Part shown: positions 44,565 through 56,000 of the stretch, one piece after another
Layout: each line of letters begins with the position of its first letter
Position numbering within the stretch: position 1 is the stretch's first letter
Assembly (NCBI GenBank): GCA_002269645.1
Contig: NIVC01000438.1
Location: forward strand, 535,379 to 599,378
Reading direction: 5' to 3'
DNA from: Macrostomum lignano
Lineage: Eukaryota
Length of the DNA stretch: 64,000 nt
The notes under the pieces: model-generated
Database searches by the model: none
Seen by the model: only the letters and a program-made list of their open reading frames with translations
What the model was told of the DNA's origin: nothing
Position numbers and translations under genes: made by a program

Positions 44565-45335
44565 GAGAGTGGAGAGTGAACAATGGAGACTGGAGGGTGG
44601 AGAGTGGAGGGTGGAGAGTGGAGGGTGGAGAGTGGAGGGTGGAGAGTGGAGTGTGGAGAGTGGAGGGTGGAGAGTGGATGGTGGAGAGTGGAGGGTGGAG
44701 AGTGGATGGTGGAGAATGGAGGGTGGAGAGTGGAGGGTGGAGAGTGGAGGGTGGAGAGTGGAGGGTGGAGAGTGGAGGGTGGAGAGTGGAGGGTGGAGAG
44801 TGGAGGGTGGAGAGTGGAGGGTGGAGAGTGGAGTGTGGAGAGTGGAGGGTGGAGAGTGGAGTGTGGAGAGTGGAGGGTGGAGAGTGGAGGGTGGAGAGTG
44901 GAGGGTGGAGAGTGGAGTGTGGAGAGTGGAGGGTGGAGAGTGGAGGGTGGAGAGTGGAGGGTGGAGAGTGGAGGGTGGAGAGTGGAGGGTGGAGAGTGGA
45001 GGGTGGAGAGTGGAGTGTGGAGAGTGGAGGGTGGAGAGTGGAGGGTGGAGAGTGGAGGGTGGAGAGTGGAGTGTGGAGAGTGGAGGGTGGAGAGTGGAGG
45101 GTGGAGAGTGGAGGGTGGAGAGTGGAGTGTGGAGAGTGGAGGGTGGAGAGTGGAGGGTGGAGAGTGGAGTGTGGAGAGTGGAGGGTGGAGAGTGGAGTGT
45201 GGAGGGTGGAGAGTGGAGGGTGGAGAGTGGAGGGTGGAGAGTGGAGGGTGGAGAGTGGAGTGTGGAGAGTGGAGGGTGGAGAGTGGAGTGTGGAGGGTGG
45301 AGAGTGGAGGGTGGAGAGTGGAGAGTGGAGGGTGG
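44565..45335 (+). repeat. 14-bp G-rich minisatellite GGAGAGTGGAGGGT (left part)
   Basis: Direct observation. Confidence 0.95.
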
Positions 45336-48300
45336 ATGCATGCAAGGCGGGTTCAGCACGCCTGTGTAGCATGAGACAGACTAGGCCTACGGGCTAAGGT
45401 CTGCGATCCTACACGCCTGCACCCCCTTTATTCTGGTGCAGGAATGGCAGGAGAACTCTTTCCAAGCTGACTCGCAAGCCGACCCAGGGGTTCGCGCCCC
45501 GCATGTGTTCAAGGCAGCTCCAGGGCTGCTGGACTGACTGGGCTCCGGCGGCGGCAACCCATCCGTGGCCTTTTGGCCAAGTTGGGTACGGGCTCCGCCC
45601 GGAAGTGAACCTGTGCGTATCAGGTACCTGTGGCCACGGCTCTGAGGAACAGGTATCACCCTCTGACCTTAACAGGGTATGCGGCCAGTCCGCAGGCTCC
45701 GGAGGCAGTCCTCCTGCTTCCCTCAAGGGCCCAGTGTAGTACCGCGCTGATGGTCCTTTGGTTCGGCCTCTGGTTTTTCCAAGCCGGGCTCTTAGCCGGG
45801 GAGTTTCTCGGTTGCTAGCGGTCGGGCCGGTAAGGGCTTAAGCCACCCCCCCCCCCGGTCGCTACCTCTTGGCCTGGTTGTTGGGTTTGGGGTTACGGCC
45901 CAGCAGCTTCTCACCTTTAGTCCCCATTCGCCTTTCAGCGACTCATGGAGTATTCACTTACATCCAACACGTCCGAGACTGCTGGAGCACCAACCGAGGT
46001 TGGCACCGCGGCCCAGCCGGACATTCGCAACACCGGAACCCACGGTGCCTCTCAATCTGCCGCTGCCGCCGCTCAGGATAATACCGGAGTGGCTGGACAA
46101 GACAGCGGACCTCAGATTTCGAAAAAGAAGGCCCGTAGCATTGCTCGCTACAAAGCCTTTCTCCAGCGCAAAGCGGAGGAACGGAGGAATGCGAAAGCCG
46201 CCCCTCCGGCCACCTCTGAGGAGGGTGCCGGTAACTCTGCGAACCCCGCGGAGGAGCCGACATCCAACAAGGGGGCGGACTCCTCGCACCGGTCTGATGC
46301 GTCAGGTGCCGCCGAAGCTCCTGGTGCGGCTGGCCCCTCCCGTGACCGGACCTCTGCCCGTGTGGAAGCTCCCACGGCTGTGGAGGGATCCAAAGCGGGG
46401 GGCGCTGGCTAAACCACAAAGCCGAAGCGAACCTACGCGGCTATGGCCAAGAGGCAGCCGGCCCTGGTTATCCAAGGCCAGGAGACGCCTCTTACGGCCG
46501 AACAGCTTGACCTTATCTGGCGCAGGTTGGACTCCCACCTGGTCAAGATGGCCTTGAGCGGCACTACTATTCGAGTCCAAAAGACGAAAGTTGAGGACCA
46601 AGCCCTCTATATCCAGCCCGCCGACAGCCAGTCAGGACAGCAGCTCCTCGAGCTGCTGACAACCTTCGACTGGGTACGGAGCTGGAGAATCTTTTCATCT
46701 ACAGGGAGGACGAGCGACCCCGGACACACCGGCACCGTGCCTGGATTCCGTCTCGCAGCTGCATCACCAAGGCTGACGAGCTGCGTCACCTGCTAGTGGC
46801 TTCCAACCCGGAGCTACCAGCTAACGGTGTCGTAGTTCACGAGACCATCTCCAAGCCGGGCGGAGATGGTTTCAAGGCTATTCTTGGACTGTCGGATAGC
46901 TGGATGCTCCGCTACCCGGACATGTCCATCATCTCTGTCGGGCTGTTGCAGATTCAGCTCTTTAGCTTTGAGTCTGACGCCACCCGCCCACCGCCCCCGG
47001 AGAAGCGTAAGTGGGCAGTCAGGGGCTCTGCCGGCCGGAAACGCCCAGGAAAAGAAGCTCCCGGTCGTCACGACCCCTCCAAGGACGTGGACCCTGTCAG
47101 AGGGAAACCCGCGAAAGCTGCAGCAACAGGCGGACGTGGAAAGGGCCGGAAACCCGCCCGGAACACTATCCGCTCTGGTCTGACTCAGCGCGCGAAGCAG
47201 CTGCTGGACACCGCCAAGGCCCACAACCGCAGCAACCCCCAGCCCAGTGTCACCACTGCGCCCCCCCCCTGGAAAACCGGGCCGAGAGCGAGAATGCCGC
47301 CCAGGTGGAGGCATCGCCCTCGACCATGGAGACCATCCGGGAGGAGCCCATGGAGCTGGAGCCTGGAGCTATCGGCGAGGCAGAAGAGGCAGCTCTCCTG
47401 CACAACTCGCCTTGAACCAGCAGGAAGCTGCGCGGACCACTCGTGGAATCCCCGGAGTGGACATCCTGCAGCTAAACCTACACCACTGCATCGCGGCCTC
47501 GACCAACCTGATGCGGGTGGCAAACTTTGCGAAACCGGGCATCATCCTACTCCAGGAACCCTGGACAAAGAAAGGTAAGATTCCGAATATTCCTGCTGGT
47601 TTTGACTGTTTTCAGGACCCTCACAACCCCAGAGGAACCGTGTTCGTGTCTACCCATCTCAAAGCTTGGCACAGACCGGACCTCTCTGACAGAGATCTCT
47701 GTGTCTTTCAGTGCAACCACATTATCACCAACCGCACGGTCATAATCGCCTCGATTTATATCCCTGGCGATGGCCCGGTTCCACCCAACCTCATCTCCCT
47801 CGTGGACTACTGCTCTAACCGTAGGTTCGAGCTGCTGGTGGCGGGCGACATCAACGCTCACCACACCCACTGGGGCAGTAATACTTCCAATGGCAGAGGC
47901 GAGGAACTCCTTGCTTACATCTGCACCACCAACACTGAGTTTTGCAACATTGGTGGAACCCTCACCTTTGACAACGGGCGATGGACGGAGGCCCTCGACG
48001 TTACCCTCGTCTCCCATGGCTTGGCTCCTTGAGTCAAGGACTGGGAGGTGTGGGACGAAGAGGAGTCTCTGTCTGACCATCGCTTCGTTCGTTTTCGATT
48101 GCAATCCTCTTGCCCCAAGCCTCACATTCTGTGGAAAAGGAACGTCCGGAACACTGATAGGACGGCTTTCACGGAAACCCTGAAATGCCAGACAGATCAG
48201 CTGACTACCGCTGCTCCAACCACCTGTCAGGAAGTGGATGACCTTGCAGACTTGCTCAGCAAGACCGTCCTGACAGCCCATGAGGCTTCCTGTCCTCTTA

Positions 48301-48961
48301 AAGCCTACAAAGGCAAGAAATCCGCCCCCTGGTGGTACCCGGCGCTTGGATCCCTCCGGCGCAAGGCAAAGTGCCTCCAACGGAAAGCTCGCAAGAGCAA
48401 GGACCCAGCCGACCTGGCCGCCTATCAAGAAGCGATCCGCGACTTTAGGCGTGAAACCAGGAAAGCCAAGTCCGAAAAATGGCGCCAATACTGCGCGGAG
48501 TTAGAAGGCACCCGCCCTACTTCGCGCGTAGTTAAGGCTCTCACCCTCGACAAAATGTCAAAGCTCTCAGTTATTAAAAGACCGGACGGCCGGCTCGCTG
48601 AGAACCCTGGGGAATCGCTGGACATTATGCTCACCAGCTCTTTCCCCCGTGCCGCACCGCAGCTAGGCCCACCGGACCACTCTCCGGGCGGACAGATCCT
48701 GGCTTCGACCATCATTACTAGAGAGAGGACGGCTCGCGCCGCAAAATCCTTCTCTCCTTTCAAGTCTCCTGTTCCTGACAACATTTATCCTGCCTTCCTT
48801 CATGAGGCAGTTAAAAATGACAGGTTTCTCGGCCTCCTCTGCAACCTCTTCAAGGCCAGCATTACCCTCGGGTATGTGCCAAAAGCCTGGCAAGAGGCTA
48901 CGGTAGTCTTCATACCCAAGCCAGGAAAGGGAGACTATCACTCCGCCAAAGCTTACCGCCC
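45336..48961 (+). mobile_element. Non-LTR retrotransposon, LOA/R1 group (Lian-Aa1-like), 5'-intact and 3'-truncated, inactive
   Basis: ~600-bp leader and a frameshifted ORF1 (45945-~47200). ORF2 has the APE endonuclease (ILQLNLHH, ILLQEPW, AGDINAHHTHWGS, ALDVTL, SDHRFVRF) with an in-frame TGA at 48030-32. The pre-RT region FSPFKSPVPDNIYPAFL...W..ATVVFIPKPGKGDYHSAKAYRP is cut at 48961. Confidence 0.92.
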
Positions 48962-49250
48962 TAGAGTGGAGGGTGGAGAGTGGAGGGTGGAGAGTGGAGG
49001 GTGGAGAGTGGAGGGTGGAGAGTGGAGGGTGGAGAGTGGAGGGTGGAGAGTGGAGGGTGGAGAGTGGAGGGTGGAGAGTGGAGGGTGGAGAGTGGAGGGT
49101 GGAGAGTGGAGGGTGGAGAGTGGAGGGTGGAGAGTGGAGGGTGGAGAGTGGAGGGTGGAGAGTGGAGGGTGGAGAGTGGAGGGTGGAGAGTGGAGGGTGG
49201 AGAGTGGAGGGTGGAGAGTGGAGGGTGGAGAGTGGAGAGTAGAGGGTGGA
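48962..49250 (+). repeat. 14-bp minisatellite GGAGAGTGGAGGGT (right part, same orientation)
   Basis: Direct observation. Confidence 0.95.
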
Positions 49251-49654
49251 GAGAAGTGAGTTGAGGGTAGAGAATGGAGGGTAGAGACTGGAGAGTAGGT
49301 GCAGGAAGCTGATTGATATAATTTCTATTTTCCACTCTCAAACTGAGCCAGATCCGCAGTGGCCTGTTTAATTAGTGACCATGCAGCTGCCTCCTGCAAC
49401 TGTACAGTAAATTCTAATTAGCAGGTGCGCTGGGGCAAGGAAATCGCGTGAGGCAGGCTTGAAGATTCGAGTGGACCGGGTCCCTGTCGGGGTCCCAAAC
49501 ATGGCCGTCGGCTTTGGACAAATATTTTTGTTTATGCGTCTAAATTTTAATTAAAGCGTAGGGTGTATTTTAGGGTTTTCAACTGCAAATGATTCGCCAT
49601 GATTTGAGTGTTAGAATAAGCGATGCGAGTTGTTGCGGATAGAAAAGAAAGACA

Positions 49655-50845
49655 ATGATAGACAAGAGAGTGACAGGGAGTGACAGGGAGAGACGAGAGA
49701 GTGACAGGGAGTGACAGGGAGAGACGAGAGAGTGACAGGGAGTGACAGGGATAGACAAGAGAGTGACAGGGAGTGACAGGGAGAGACGAGAGAGTGACAG
49801 GGAGTGACAGGGAGAGACGAGAGAGTGACAGGGAGTGACAGGGAGAGACGAGAGAGTGACAGGGAGTGACAGGGAGAGACGAGAGAGTGACAGGGAGTGA
49901 CAGGGAGAGACGAGAGAGTGATAGGGAGTGACAGGGAGAGACGAGAGAGTGACAGGGAGTGACAGGGAGAGACGAGAGAGTGACAGGGAGTGACAGGGAG
50001 AGACGAGAGAGTGACAGGGAGTGACATGGAGAGACGAGAGAGACGAGAGAGTGACAGAGAGTGACAGGAAGAGACAAGAGAGTGACAGGTAGAGACAAGA
50101 GAGTGACAGGTAGAGACAAGAGAGTGACAGGGAGAGACGAGAGAGTGACAGGTAGAGACGAGAGAGTGACAGGTAGAGACCAGAGAGTGACAGGTAGAGA
50201 CCAGAGAGTGACAGGGAGAGACGAGAGAGTGACAGGTAGAGACAAGAGAGTGACAGGTAGAGACAAGAGAGTGACAGGGAGAGACAAGAGAGTGACAGGT
50301 AGAGACGAGAGAGTGACAGAGAGTGACAGGAAGAGACAAGAGAGTGACAGGTAGAGACAAGAGAGTGACAGGTAGAGACAAGAGAGTGACAGGTAGAGAC
50401 AAGAGAGTGACAGGTAGAGACAAGAGAGTGACAGGGAGAGACAAGAGAGTGACAGGTAGAGACGAGAGAGTGACAGAGATTGACAGGAAGAGACAAGAGA
50501 GTGACAGGTAGAGACAAGAGAGTGACAGGTAGAGACAGGAGAGTGACAGGTAGAGACAAGAGAGTGACAGGTAGAGACAAGAGAGTGACAGGTAGAGACA
50601 AGAGAGTGACAGGGAGAGACAAGAGAGTGACAGGTAGAGACGAGAGAGTGACAGAGAGTGACAGGAAGAGACAAGAGAGTGACAGGTAGAGACAAGAGAG
50701 TGACAGGTAGAGACAGGAGAGTGACAGGTAGAGACAAGAGAGTGACAGGTAGAGACGAGAGAGTGACAGGTAGAGACCAGAGAGTGACAGGGAGAGACGA
50801 GATAGTGACAGGTAGAGACAAGAGAGTGACAGGGAGAGATAAGGA
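49655..50845 (+). repeat. Purine-rich 21/31-bp minisatellite (GACAGGTAGAGACAAGAGAGT family)
   Basis: Direct observation. Confidence 0.95.
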
Positions 50846-51489
50846 AAGAAATCTCAAAACGTGAGATTTTGATCTCTCAGATAGAACTGCAGAGAAATTC
50901 AACTGCAGTTGACCAACTCGTGAAAAAGCAGCAGTTTTATCAAAAAAATTAACTCGAATTTTTAAAATCCACTGCCTAGGCTTGAGCGAGAGTTACTCCT
51001 ATGGTTGATGAAGTTCCTGTCTAGATCACATTTTCCCTTTGAAGCCCCTCGTCCTATTTGGTTGCTAAGGCATACGCCAGTCCAAGTAAAGTCAATCTGT
51101 AATTACAATTTTTTTTTCAGCTACGAAGGTATTTCCTTGGTTTTTAATTATATTTCTCAAATCGATATTCGAATACTCGGATGCAGCTGAAGGAGACACT
51201 GGATGAGAGGAAATCCTGCGACCAGAGCCTGTCTGTCTCAGTTAATTAAAGACTTTTGCTGCTTCTTAAAAGCAGGGAACTGAAAAAAGGGAGATTTTGC
51301 GTTTTACTCAGCTGCAAGCCTCTTGAAAGTGTAATTGTTATTTTTTATGAACATTTTGCTGCTCCAGTGTTAGAAACTTGAAATACTTGTCATTTGAATT
51401 TTTACGAGAATTGAAGACTTACTTTCGAAACCTTCAACTTGTAGCGAGGAAATTCATTTGCCTAGTAGTCTTCGTCTCCTATGTTTTTA

Positions 51490-51960
51490 CCGTCTCCTTC
51501 CCCTATGCCCTACCCTGTTCTTTCCTCCTGTCCTACCCTCTGTCCTACCCTCTCCTCCCCTCTGTCCTACCCTCTCCTCCCCTCTGTCCTACCCTCTCCT
51601 CCCCTCTGTCCTACGCTCTCCTTCCCCTCTGTCCTACCCTGTTCTTTCCACCTGTCCTACCCTCTGTCCTACCCTCTCCTCCCCTCTGTCCTACGCTCTC
51701 CTTCCCCTCTGTCCTACCCTGTTCTTTCCACCTGTCCTACCCTCTGTCCTACCCTCTCCTCCCCTCTGTCCTACCCTCTCCTATCCCTCTGTCCTACCCT
51801 CTCCTCCCCTCTGTCCTACCCTCTCCTTTCCCTCTGTCCTACCCTCTCCTCCCCTCTGTCCTACCTCTCCTTTCCCTCTGTCCTACCCTCTCCTCCCCTC
51901 TGTCCTACCCTCTGTCCCCCCCTCTCTTCCAGGCCCTACCCTCTTTTTCCCCTCTGTCCC
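51490..51960 (+). repeat. ~22-bp CT-rich minisatellite (CTGTCCTACCCTCTCCTCCCCT)
   Basis: Direct observation. Confidence 0.93.
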
Positions 51961-53054
51961 AACCTGTCTTCCCCTCTATTTCATCAATGATCCCTGCACA
52001 AGATCATGTCAATGGACAACCTTGCCATGTTCTCTCGCAAATCGCGGGTCACTGATCCAACCCCGATTGCACGCATTTCTGAGCCCTCCAATCAAATGCG
52101 ATTTCGCTTCTCTGACTCGTCAACAACACTTCAAAATAACTGACAATGCGCTTCTAATAACCTCTACCAATGTCCAGTGGAAATCTGATTAAAAGTACAT
52201 CGAAGTCACGGTCCTAAAAGCGCCATCTGTATAGCTGCCATCGAAATCAATTAAAATCATTTTTTTGCCTTTTCCACAGCAACTTTAACTAATTGTTAAC
52301 TAACTAACAGTTTGTTATCAAAGAAATTCTTAGTTTTTAAACTCTATTTTAGTTGAAATTCGCAGAGTAAATTATATTAGGCACAATCTTGCAATAACTT
52401 TTTCCGGTGTTATCAGTTTATTTTTTAACCGATCTTCTAATGTTTAATTGACAACAATTATGACTCAGCAAAAAGTTTAAAACAAAATAGTGGTGCTTTT
52501 GTTATAACATTAGCGGAGCTTGAGTCAAACAAAACGTTCAAACTTCCAATTTGCACAAGAGAACACTTTAAACTCGTTCCAATCGTATGTTCAAGTTGCG
52601 CGCCAATTCAAATCAGAATTTAAAATTTGCGCTGCAAAATGAAACAAATAGTTTTTAAACAAGCACACTAAAATTTACCTTCTAATAATATTTTGACTTC
52701 AGGAATTTTCCGCGAAATCATTGAAAAACACGCCCGTGTATGTGGGAAGTACAAGCCGTATTTATTGAACAGTAAATTAAGAGATTGGGCAGGGCAGGGA
52801 ATTACACAATAAAAGAAGTGCTTTAGCTACTTTAATAGCGAACAAGTCAAACTCCCATTGAAAATCTACTCAGGCACTTGAGAAAAAAAGCATACAGTTA
52901 AATTGAATTTGTAGCAAGTCTTAGTAGAGAAATATAGAGAGGGCATTGTGTGATAAGTTTTTTTCGTTTTTTCATGTATGTTTCACGGTCAGCTCAAGAA
53001 TGTTTGTTTTTTCAAATAAGGAAAATTTTAAAATAAACAAAAAAACTTCAATCA

Positions 53055-56000
53055 TCAGCAGGCGGCACCGCCAGACAAGTCGGACAGGAAGGCGCAGCAC
53101 TGTACAAACTGGACTGGCTGCCGCCCGCTGCCCGGGGCCCACGAGTCCTCGGCCTTGGCCGACTGGGCCACGGCGTCTGGCGGCGGCGGCAGCGGCCGGT
53201 CGCGCCAGTTGATCCGGTCAACGAACTCGCAGTAGTTCACGCAGCTGTCGCCGTCGGGGCTGGTCGACTCAGCGAGACTGTGGTGATACATATTGATTAG
53301 TTGTTAGAATGCGAGCTGATTGGCTGAAAATTATCGCTCTTTTTAACTCCTAAGAAGACCAATGCACTGTACGGACTACGGTCTACTTGTGCAAGGTCTG
53401 CGCTGATTGGTTCATGAAGCTCTCTAACCCTCTCTGTAACCCTTGTCGCTTGGGACAGAACTTGACCAGTTTTATCTCTCTACCCTCGTTGCGTCGCAGG
53501 ACAGAGCGAATTCATTGTTTCTCTACCCCCCATCCCCCACTGCGACGCGGGACAGAGCGAGCCTCTTAACTCTCTACCCCCACTGCGACGCGGGACAGAG
53601 CGAGCCTCTTAACTCTCTACCCCCACTGCGACGCGGGACAGAGCGAGCCTCTTAACTCTCTACCCCCACTGCGACGCGGGACAGAGCGAGCCTCTTAACT
53701 CTCTACCCCCACTGCGACGCGGGACAGAGCGGCTGTACATTCTAATAACTTTCAGTCTCGTGTCTTTCTAACCCCCGAAACCTTCGATCCGGGCTCGTAG
53801 GGATGTCGATTCCCCGGGGAATTTTCTTTACGGGGACCCCGGGGACCCCGGGGAAAAGAAAAAATAAGTAAAAAACGGCGGATAACTTAGATCTTAAGTC
53901 ATTGAGTGGAATTTTTTAAACTTTGATTAAAGCTTTGGACTACATGTTTAAGGCGCAAGGGTAAAAACTTAAAGCAATGTTTGTTTAAAACTGTATTTAA
54001 TTTGACCACGTGGCATCACCAAATCATGCGCGCACCTTTGTCAGAAAGAGTCCAGACTCCGGAGGCGGAAAATGCATGCTCAGCAGCTACACTCGTGGGA
54101 GGATAATTAATGAATGAGACTGTTTTTATAATCGGAATTTTAATTACTTGCAGTTGCAGATAAATCACCATTTTGTCCTTGTCTAATAGGGAGTATTTTG
54201 TTATTGTATGACACCCCCTATGCGTCAAGCCATCAACGCAGACCAACACAGTAATCAGTAAGGCTTCTTTTTTTCCTGACGGGTTTCTACGCTCGTACGC
54301 GCAATTTGCTTCATTGAAAGACTCATAGTGAAAAAAACATTCAAACGTGTGTTGTGTTTGAAATAATACATTGAAATAAGCAGTTTTGCGGTAAAAAAAG
54401 CAGAGACAGAGTTTCAATCAGCTTTCTGTGAATGATTTTCTTATTTAAATGGCAAAAATTAAGTTAAAAATGCTTTTTTTCTCACTCCCCGGGGTCCCCG
54501 GTCCAATTCCCCGGGGAGCACTCCCCGGGTTCGACATCCCTACCGGGCTGGCTGATTTAAGATTGATGGAATCTCTCTTAACTGCATAAACAGAGTCTTA
54601 TTTGAAATCATTGTTCTTCAAACAAAAACAGAATTCAAGTTTCTTCGATTTACATAGATTTATTACTATATATAATAATAAGCCATAAGATAAACTGTTA
54701 ATAGTTTTTTTGCAATACATGCACCAGGTAGACTCGCCCTCGCCCTCAACTCGCCCTCGCCTTCAACTCGCCCTATATCTTCACCCCTTACACGAGCAGC
54801 CTCCGTATCAGAATCTTTGTCAAGATGAGGAAAGGAATGAGCAAACGGATTTACCCCGAGAGATAAGAGTTATCAACGGACCATCACTGCAAGATGAGAG
54901 GCCTCTGTAAAATATAGCCTATATCTAAAGCCCTCATTCCATCCCATCAAATCTGCTAGGCTCATCTGAATTCCTAAAAGCTTCGCCGAGCTGTTGTCAC
55001 CTCAGAGGCAGACACAGATTATGATGGGATAGGTATAAGACACAGCTCGACACCCTCACCCCCGAGACAGTCAGACGGAAATTCATTTGGGCTCATTGAT
55101 GTGGGGAAATATTCATTTATTCATTCAAACACATGCAGACTTTTAGGAGAGCAGAAGAAGATGAAATGCGAGAGATGGTGTTGGTTTATGATTTTCGATT
55201 CTAAAAATAGGATGATCAAAGATGCACTAGGATAGCGAGCTGCTGTGGATTGTGTTTGATAAGACGCCACTGAGACAATATGAAACAAGCTGACGTCCCG
55301 ATACAATCAACAGCTGACTGCATCACCAATCTGCCCTTCCTTTTCCTGCTGTCTCCACTGAGCTTGCTAAATTTAGAAACTGTATAGAAAAGCAAAACGT
55401 GATTTATTAAATACAATGTATATTCATCTCAAGGCTTGGCTTATACCCAAAAGTATCAGTGTCCTCGTAAATTTAACTTCGAAAGATGATCATGTTCGAC
55501 TCTACTAATAGTAGCTTGCAAAGAGTGCTAAAAGTGGCTTAAGAATGGCCCTGGTGCTGGCGCTCATGGTGCTAAAGCCTCTGGTGCTAAAGCCTCTGGT
55601 GCTAAAGCCCCTGGTGCTAAAGCCCCTGGTGCTAAAGCCCCTGGTGCTAAAGCCCCTGTTGCTAAAGCCCCTGGTGCTAAAGCCCCTGGTGCTAAAGCCC
55701 CTGGTGCTAAAGCCCCTGGTGCTAAAGCCCCTGGTGCTAAAGCCCCTGGTGCTAAAGCCCCTGGTGCTAAAGCCCCTGGTGCTAAAGCCCCTGGTGATAA
55801 AGCCCCCATTGATTTCCCCTTTCTGATAAGAAGTCCCGGCTACACCTCTGAGGAATATAACTTGAGCTGTTTTCGAGCGAATTCAAATTTGATTCCGCTC
55901 TGTTGCTAAATTAATTCTCAGAGACCAAAAACTTACGCTCCGAGCGTCGCCCTGAGCAGGTCGGCCGGAACAGGGAGGCCGACTGTGCGGCACACGGTGA

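Noticed and set aside
40929-45397. Long [13 protein letters not shown] and VESGGW ORFs
   Set aside because: Simple-repeat translations. Only 41741-41642 looks coding.
49547-52192. Long LSLPVT and PLSYP ORFs
   Set aside because: Minisatellite translations with no splice or homology support.
55545-55826. Collagen-like (GALAP)n or (KPLVL)n ORF
   Set aside because: Translation of a 15-bp intronic minisatellite.
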